From: Octopus sinensis
Lineage: Eukaryota
Direction of reading: 5' to 3'
Assembly: GCF_006345805.1 (NCBI RefSeq)
Contig: NW_021829467.1
Span: 1 to 6,135, forward strand
DNA length: 6,135 bases
Shown: one piece after another, positions 1 through 6,135 of the stretch
Numbering within the stretch: position 1 is the first letter of the stretch
Layout: each line of letters starts with the position of its first letter
Position numbers and translations under genes: made by a program
Notes under the pieces: model-generated
What the model saw: the letters and a program-made list of their open reading frames with translations, nothing else
Told to the model about the DNA's origin: nothing
The model's database searches: none

Positions 1-80
1 AGTCGATTATATCGACCTCAGTTCGTAACTGGTACTTATTTAATCGACCCCGAAAGGATGAAAGGCAAAGTCGACCTCGG
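1..80 (-). mobile_element. Fragment of the tRNA-derived SINE that forms the 1687-2780 array (central domain only; head missing, 3' part runs off the window)
   Basis: GTCGATTATATCGACCTCAGTTCGTAACTGGTACTTATTTAATCGACCCCGAAAGGATGAAAGGCAAAGTCGACCTCGG aligns with few mismatches to 1693-1771 and the other array units. Similarity stops abruptly just before the B box. Confidence 0.9.
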
Positions 81-242
81 TTGTACTCTTTCGCCAAAAC
101 TTTCTCTCACTCTCTCTTTCTGTTTCTTGAGTGACACTGCGATGGACTGGCGTCCCATCCAGCTGGGGAAGAATACATACGCCACAGAAACTGGGAAACC
201 GGGCCCATGAGTGGAAAAAATGGATGGATGAATGGTTAGATG
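81..242 (+). mobile_element. Probable 3' portion of a different SINE-type repeat with a degenerate (TGGA)n tail
   Basis: Contains CTGCGATGGACTGGCGTCCCATCCAG, which resembles a conserved segment I recall from V-SINE-type elements. It is followed by ATGGATGGATGAATGGTTAGATGGA (220-244). The family assignment is from recall only. Confidence 0.5.
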
Positions 243-1686
243 GAGATAGCATCAGCTCAGCTATATGCATCTTTCACAGCACGAAAAAGCTAAATATACA
301 AAGGAAGTAAAAAAAAAACACTCATTTCTTGAGAAAAAAAAATAGATAAATAATAAAATTCTCAAATTTCTCGCGGAATAAAAGCATAAACATAATAAAT
401 ATTGTGACAACATCAAAAAATAGACTCAATTAAATTATTGCAGGCCGATCAAACATTACAAATTCTAAACATAGAAACAGTTATAACAAGCCAGGCAATT
501 ATTTTTCTATTGATATCAAAAATTCTCAGCTTAATTAACGCTGGACCAGTTAAAGATTTCAGAATTGTTCCAGTTTGACAAGGGATTTGATCTGAGATCA
601 TATGTTGAGACCGTAATAATTGCTTTGTGCTGAGAAGTTTACTATTTTCATAAACAGTAATATGAAAATATTGTTTTTCTGTAAATTTTCTGATTGCTTT
701 AGAAAACAGCTGGGAATGTAAATTTTGATAGAAAATTACTAAGGATTACATTTAAGTGGGTCGGTTCTAGTTTATGTACTTAGTAACCTGACAACAGGAT
801 TTTTATCTGTAAATATAAAAATTCTAAAAAACGAAGAGAATAAATTTAATAGAAAATCATTATTAGCGTGTAGGTTTGAAAGGTAGCGTAATCAACCGTT
901 AAGAGACCAATCTGACAGCCCGGTGTTGTAGAGGCATGCGGCTGGTTTTATACAAACACACAGACACACACCAAACCCCTATTGAATGCCTATTTATTTC
1001 TGAATTTTTATGGGGGATTTTATCGAAAGCCAGATTAGAATTTGTCAACGCTGTTAAATGTGTTGAATATGTTGAATAAATATAGGAATTCCAGAGGTTT
1101 TTCTTAATGAATTTATAGAAAAGCTTGCTTCTGATTCTGCAGTGCGTGGTGCCAATGACAGAGGGCCTTCCTTAGTAGCGGTCAGAGTATCAAACTTTTG
1201 TGATACAGAGATACCATTACTTCCCAAAGCTCCGGCACACAGAACGATAGGCGAGGGCAGCTGCGAATCTAGATCCTCCTACTTGTAGAAGGATTTAGTA
1301 GCACGTGGGACAAGCAGAGAGACAGGACTGGTTTCTGGAAAGGAAGAATATGTGTGACGTCATAGGGCAGAAGAAATATTGAGAAGGAAACAATGCAGAA
1401 AGTCTCTGCGGAACCGTCTATCACAGTTTCATTAAGGAATTCTGTTGTGTAGAACTTAATTGGTTGTCGTGAAAATGGATATTAAAGAGCTGAAGCAGCA
1501 GCAAAGGGAATTGGCTACAGACAGATAACAAACCCGTTTGTAAAATTAATAGAATCCACCAAAACTACTTTTTTCAAGGCAGTTCCAGTATATGCGCGTT
1601 AATGTCATCCCAAATACAGATGATTCAAAATGATAGCAAAATGTATCATGTTTTTAATGTAAAACTCTGTACAGCCACGCCCGACA

Positions 1687-2780
1687 GATTAAGTCGATTA
1701 TATCTACCCCAGTGCGTAACTGGTACTTAATTTATCGACCCCGAAAGGATGAAAGGTAAAGTCGACCTCGGCGGAATTTGAACTCAGAACATAAAGACTA
1801 AAGCAATACCTATTTCTCTACTACCGACAAGGGGATAAACACAGAGAGGACAAACAAGGACAGACAAACGGATTAAGACGATTACATCGACCCCAGTGCG
1901 TAACTGGTACTTAATTTATCGACCCCGAAAGGATGAAAGGTAAAGTCGACCTCGGCAGAATTTGAACTCAGAACGTAAAGACTAAAGCAATACCTATTTC
2001 TTTACTACCGACAAGGGTCTAAACACAGAGAGGACAAACAAGGACAGACAAACGGATTAAGACGATTACATCGACCCCAGTGCGTAACTGGTACTTAATT
2101 TATCGACCCCGAAAGGATGAAAGGTAAAGTCGACCTCGGCGGAATTTGAACTCAGAACATAAAGACTAAAGCAATACCTATTTCTCTACACTACCGAAAG
2201 GGATAAACACAGAGAGGACAAACAAGGACAGACAAACGGATTAAGACGAATTACATCGACCCCAGTGCGTAACTGGTACTTAATTTATCGACCCCGAAAG
2301 GATGAAAGGTAAAGTCGACCTCGGCGGAATTTGAACTCAGAACATAAAGACTAAAGCAATACCTATTTCTCTACTACCGACAAGGGGATAAACACAGAGA
2401 GGACAAACAAGGACAGACAAACGGATTAAGACGATTACATCGACCCCAGTGCGTAACTGGTACTTAATTTATCGACCCCGAAAGGATGAAAGGTAAAGTC
2501 GACCTCGGCGGAATTTGAACTCAGAACGTAAAGACTAAAGCAATACCTATTTCTTTACTACCGACAAGGGTCTAAACACAGAGAGGACAAACAAGGACAG
2601 ACAAACGGATTAAGACGATTACATCGACCCCAGTGCGTAACTGGTACTTAATTTATCGACCCCGAAAGGATGAGAGGCAAAGTGGATCTCGGCGGAATTT
2701 GAACTCAAAACGTAACGGCAGACGAAATACGGCTACGCATTTCGCCCGGCGTGCTAACGTTTCTGCCAGTTCGCTGCCTT
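1687..2780 (-). repeat. Tandem array of a tRNA-derived SINE: 184-185 bp period, six core copies, one complete head
   Basis: CCCCAGTGCGTAACTGG starts at 1707, 1891, 2075, 2260, 2444 and 2628 (spacings 184, 184, 185, 184, 184). GTCGAC sites are at 1761, 1945, 2129, 2314 and 2498. Only the rightmost copy continues into the tRNA-like head (to about 2780). Confidence 0.95.
2694..2768 (-). promoter_or_regulatory. Internal RNA polymerase III type-2 promoter (A and B boxes) of the SINE head
   Basis: On the minus strand, an A-box-like TGGCAGAAACGTT lies at 2768-2756 and a B-box-like GTTCAAATTCC at 2704-2694, separated by a long hairpin (2719-2748). Both boxes deviate slightly from the tRNA consensus. 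Confidence 0.7.
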
Positions 2781-3054
2781 CCTTAAAGAAATATATATAT
2801 TAATGGTTGAATGAGTATTCCGTGGTGATGAGGTAGCGGACAAGAGTTATTCCCCCTACATTATTGGCCGCTACACAAGACTTCTTGAGTTACAAGAAAT
2901 TATAAAAAATATATAAGCATTAAGTTAACAAACCGGAATCTAATACAAAAAAAAAAGAAAAAAAGAAAACAGAGTATCGTTCACAAGGGCTGTCACGTGT
3001 TCAGAAAGTGATTCAATGTTTTACAAAAGGAAAATTTTCTTTATTTTACTATAA

Positions 3055-3163
3055 TGCGTGTGTGTGTGTGTGTGTGCGACTGTATGTATGTTTGTATGTT
3101 TGTGTGTGTGTTTATATATACATATTTTACATATAAAGATATATATTTACACACGGTGTATAT

Positions 3164-3200
<37 letters not shown>
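3055..3200. repeat. Compound microsatellite: (TG)n, an AT-rich spacer, then (CA)n
   Basis: Imperfect TG repeats at about 3057-3110 and a pure CA run at about 3169-3196. Confidence 0.95.
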
Positions 3201-3346
3201 GGTTGTGTGATATGGAGTTTGGTTCCTAACCACATGCCTTTTGGTTCGGTCCCACTGCGTGGTACCTTTGGCAAGTGTCCTCTACTATAGCTTCGGGCAG
3301 ACCAAAGCCTTGTGAGTGGATTGGTAGGAAACAAACACTGAAAGAA
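3201..3346 (+). mobile_element. Degenerate tRNA-derived SINE with a CORE-like segment (family distinct from the array)
   Basis: Decayed A-box-like GGTTGTGTGAT at 3201 and B-box-like GGTTCGGTCCC at 3243-3253. ACCTTTGGCAAGT (3264-3276) resembles the ACCTTGGGCAAGT start of the CORE domain. The element ends at CTGAAAGAA and is followed by (TA)n. Confidence 0.7.
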
Positions 3347-3355
3347 TTTTATATA

Positions 3356-3360
<5 letters not shown>

Positions 3361-3396
<36 letters not shown>
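3361..3396. repeat. (TA)18 microsatellite
   Basis: Perfect TA run immediately downstream of the 3201-3346 SINE. Confidence 0.98.
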
Positions 3397-3401
<5 letters not shown>

Positions 3402-3780
3402 TTTTTTATAATCATGAGTATAATTATAATTAGGTTGTAGAAGAAATAACCCCTCTCTCAAAAGTTCTTGAAAATTAATGAAATTTTCAAACCTCTCCCT
3501 CCACTGCTCCAAATTTTAAAATGCAGACAGATCGAATCTGTAATTTTTTCTCTATATAGTTCGAAATAATTTTTAGACAAAAAGTTGTGTAATTTAAACG
3601 AGATTTAGCTGTTGTTTCTGACACATCCGACGACCACCTGATACCTAGCTTCCTCGTTTCTTTGTCATTCTGACAGCTATTGATGTTTTTCAATAGTTTT
3701 CTCCTCATAAACACATTTTATGGAATGATGATGAGTGGTCCATTGCTAGGATTTAAGCAACAACAAAAAACTAGAGATTT

Positions 3781-4760
3781 ATAATAATAATAATGAAATT
3801 ATTGTATACAGTGCTCAGGTGCACCACAACTTGTCAGAAAGTGCATATAAAGTACATGCAGTAATGTAAAAATGTCTGGAAAGCGAACAATGTATGAGTC
3901 AGATACATGCTTGTGTGTGTATGGAGGGGAGGAAATCAGTTGTAGTGTTGGCGAATCTCAGAAAGCATGGAAGTTTTGAAGGATGCAGTGCTCCGACAAC
4001 TAACAACTGATGCCGGCAGTTTGTTCCATACTTCAGCAACTCTCAGCGTGAAAAATTTTTCCTGAAGTCATGGAGCTGTGCTTTTTCTTACTTTGTAAAT
4101 ATGTCCACGGTGTTAGATGGGTGGAGTTTGAAGAGGTGCTCAGAGTTATTGTTTGTGCGATGGTTGATAATTTTATGGGTGTCTGCCAAGTCAGCTGCCA
4201 GACGTCGGAGTTTCAGTGTGTCCATGCCCAGGGACGTAAGACGTTCAGGATATGGCAAATGCCTGATGGAGGGTATCCTTTTGGTTGCACGTCGCTGAAC
4301 GGCTTCCAGACGATTGATATCCTGGGGAAGATAGGGGTTCCAGACCGGTGATGCAAATTCCAGGTGAGGTCTTACCATAGCTATATAAAGCCGCAGATAG
4401 ATAGCCGGAGAGCGGCTCACAAAGGATTTGGTGAATGATGCCAAGACACCCTCAGCCTTCTTGACAATTTTAGCGATGTGTTTTGTCCAACGCAAATCAC
4501 TGTCGGCAATAACACCCAGGTCACGTTCACATGAAGACTTTTGGAGACTAGTGTTGTGGAGGGAGTAGATGAACGCTGGGTTTCTCCTCCCAAAATGCAT
4601 GGTGGTACATTTGTCCACAGCCAGCTTGAGTTGCCAGTCCATGATCCACTGCTGCATTGTGTCCAGGTCTGCTTGCAATAGAGATCTACAGTGTACAGGA
4701 TTTGACCTCTATTTCGAGGTACAGCTTGATGTCATCTGCATATTTCAGCACTGTGGCATT
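3781..4760 (-). mobile_element. 5'-truncated CR1-clade non-LTR retrotransposon (LINE)
   Basis: The minus strand carries RT coding remnants (4760-3936), a ~155 nt 3' UTR and the tail ...GCACTGTATACAATAATTTCATTATTATTATTAT ending at 3781. GC content drops sharply at both edges. Confidence 0.92.
3936..4760 (-). pseudogene. Frameshifted C-terminal part of LINE ORF2 (reverse transcriptase and CR1-type C-terminal domain)
   Basis: NATVLK-YADD-IKLY, with YADD codons at 4742-4731, is followed by a frameshift near 4710. The 4678-4088 ORF then has LQADLD..QQW, ERDLGV, LYIAMVRPHLEFASPVWNPY and LEAVQRRATK. After further shifts at about 4110-4050 it reads TLRVAEVWNKLPASVV...EIRQHYN, with a stop at 3938-3936. 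These are typical CR1-clade motifs. Confidence 0.92.
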
Positions 4761-5424
4761 AAATTTTTAATCCCCTGAGAAAAGCGAAAAATGAAAGATA
4801 TAGACAAATACAGAGATCTTTTTCTGTTGCTATCACAGATTTTGAAAATTTAAAACTAAATGAACATTTTCAAATTTGGTATATTGGTGAACTTTTCCAC
4901 GCTGAACTTGAGTTTCTGATGTATTTATTGCAGAAATTTTTTATGAAAACGTTACAGAGATTTAAAGTTTGATCATGTTTACCCAATCAGAAAATAGGAT
5001 TGGAAGCCTAGCATTTTGTGCACGAATAGCTCTGTATCATGAAATGAAAGTAAACAATAGAAGACGACGTTATAAACAAGATGAAAGCAATGCGTGAGAA
5101 TTAGTCCATATACAAATAGAGAGAGGGAGAGAGAGAGGGTGACAAAGAGAGTGGTAAATATATGGAGAGTGATAGATTGACGGTGACAAATAGTGTAAGA
5201 TTTGCTGATCTAAAAGGTGAGTTATTTCTCGTAGCAAATTATATTCTATTATTATCATTTACGGACGACGTTCTCACTGAGACGTAGATTTCGCAAATTA
5301 AATTCGTTTTCTTCGAAGCCGCACCGTTTAAGAGCCTTGCGGAGCTAAACACGCATACGTAACAAGATATATTATTTAATTGCAGCACTTCAAAGATGTG
5401 GCCACACACCTTTACATCCACATA

Positions 5425-5425
<1 letters not shown>

Positions 5426-5459
<34 letters not shown>
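5426..5459. repeat. (AC)17 microsatellite
   Basis: Perfect AC run. Confidence 0.97.
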
Positions 5460-5462
<3 letters not shown>

Positions 5463-5619
5463 ACACAACACATAACACATGAACTGTATGTTAAATAAGG
5501 CAATAATTTTTAAAGCGTGCTTAAACGAAACTCATCGTGTGATTCTCTTAAAAGTAGAATCAAATTTATCGTGAAGATCAAATTGACTAGGCCTATTGGC
5601 TTCCTCAAACTGTACGCGT

Positions 5620-5696
5620 GCACGCACACAAACACACACACACACACACACAAGCACACACACACGCTTGCACATACATACATACACACGCACACA
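5620..5696. repeat. Imperfect (CA)n/(CATA)n microsatellite
   Basis: CA repeats interrupted by AA, GC and CATA units. Confidence 0.93.
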
Positions 5697-5841
5697 GACT
5701 GTATATTATGTGTTGTATTTATTAAAATAAAATGTAGGCTTCCTCGAAATGGGTTGACTTCGTATGCAAAACTAGGAAGGATGCATCTTCTCTCATTTAG
5801 ATTTCTCGTTGAAGTTTGTTTATCTTCTCAAGTAACAACAT

Positions 5842-5921
5842 ATGTATGTATGTGTGTGTGTGTGTTTGTGTGTGTTTATGTGTGTTTGTGTGTGTGTGTT
5901 TGTTTGTGTGTGTGTGTGTGT
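5842..5921. repeat. Imperfect (TG)n/(TATG)n microsatellite, followed by AGAT/AT-rich low-complexity sequence
   Basis: ATGTATGTATG followed by TG repeats interrupted by TT. Confidence 0.93.
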
Positions 5922-5988
5922 CGGTAGATAGATATAAATATATAGACAGATGAATAGATGTATATAAATATAAATTCATATTAATGTT

Positions 5989-6033
<45 letters not shown>

Positions 6034-6114
6034 TACCACTACTACTACTACTGCTACTACTACTACTACTAATACTACTACTGCTACTACTACTACTACT
6101 ACTGCTACTACTAC
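5989..6114. repeat. (TAC)n trinucleotide microsatellite, 42 triplets with 7 in-phase variants
   Basis: 13 perfect TAC triplets (5989-6027), then TAC interrupted by three CAC, three TGC and one TAA without loss of phase. Confidence 0.97.
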
Positions 6115-6135
6115 TGTTCATCAATCTGTTCTTAT

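Noticed and set aside
40-270. 76-aa minus-strand ORF
   Set aside because: It spans two fused repeat fragments and has no recognisable protein features.
643-670. Perfect 10-bp inverted repeat TATTTTCATA/TATGAAAATA
   Set aside because: It is almost all A/T in very AT-rich DNA with no associated feature, so it is plausibly chance.
1687-2780. CRISPR array
   Set aside because: Whole 184-bp units repeat with no unique spacers, there are no cas genes, and the context is eukaryotic.
1687-2780. Retrozyme or hammerhead-ribozyme tandem repeat (the unit size would fit)
   Set aside because: There is no CUGANGA core on either strand of the unit. The tRNA-like head explains the element as a SINE.
2690-2780. 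Functional tRNA gene
   Set aside because: It has A/B-like boxes but no cloverleaf, an oversized central hairpin, and it continues into the SINE body.
1670-2800. Target-site duplication around the SINE array
   Set aside because: The flanks (…CAGCCACGCCCGACA and CCTTAAAGAAATAT…) share no direct repeat, and the leftmost unit lacks its 3' tail.
3041-3714. ORFs 3041-3415, 3054-3290, 3285-3512 and 3487-3714
   Set aside because: The first three are read-throughs of TG/CA/TA microsatellites (CVCV, THTH, YIYI) and SINE sequence. The last is a short AT-rich ORF with no recognisable motif.
4070-4778. Plus-strand ORFs 4070-4351, 4101-4298 and 4569-4778
   Set aside because: They are antisense shadows of the LINE RT coding sequence.
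645-4994. Possible long-range terminal inverted repeats (TTTTCTGATTG at 687 vs CAATCAGAAAA at 4984; TTTTCATAAA at 645 vs TTTATGAAAA at 4940)
   Set aside because: The two matches are not collinear in inverted order and do not extend.
5255-5375. CpG-rich patch with the near-palindrome ACGTTCTCACTGAGACGT as a promoter or enhancer
   Set aside because: It is short, has no linked gene, and offers no sequence-only evidence of function.
5070-6039. ORFs 5070-5258, 5239-5478, 5510-5695, 5517-5927 and 5797-6039
   Set aside because: They are low-complexity translations of dinucleotide and trinucleotide repeats (poly-V, CV, HT) or short ORFs without homology cues.

Overview
AT-rich, repeat-dense eukaryotic (animal) non-coding DNA with no supportable host gene. 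The SINE families resemble ones I recall from octopus/coleoid genomes; this is recall, not a search result. Main contents: (1) a ~1.1 kb minus-strand array (about 1687-2780) of a tRNA-derived SINE, with one complete A-box/B-box head followed by five near-identical 184-185 bp headless units (six copies of the core). (2) A further fragment of the same SINE at 1-80, fused to a different repeat at 81-242. (3) A plus-strand tRNA-derived, CORE-like SINE at 3201-3346. (4) A 5'-truncated, frameshifted CR1-clade LINE on the minus strand (3781-4760) with the YADD motif, the RT C-terminus, a 3' UTR and an (ATT)n tail. (5) Several microsatellites. Apart from the LINE ORF, the listed ORFs are artefacts of microsatellites or repeats, shadows of the LINE, or unsupported short ORFs. 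The most interesting structure is the SINE array: its junctions align to a GTATT microhomology inside a 13-bp head hairpin, and its units follow an A-B-A'-A-B variant pattern.
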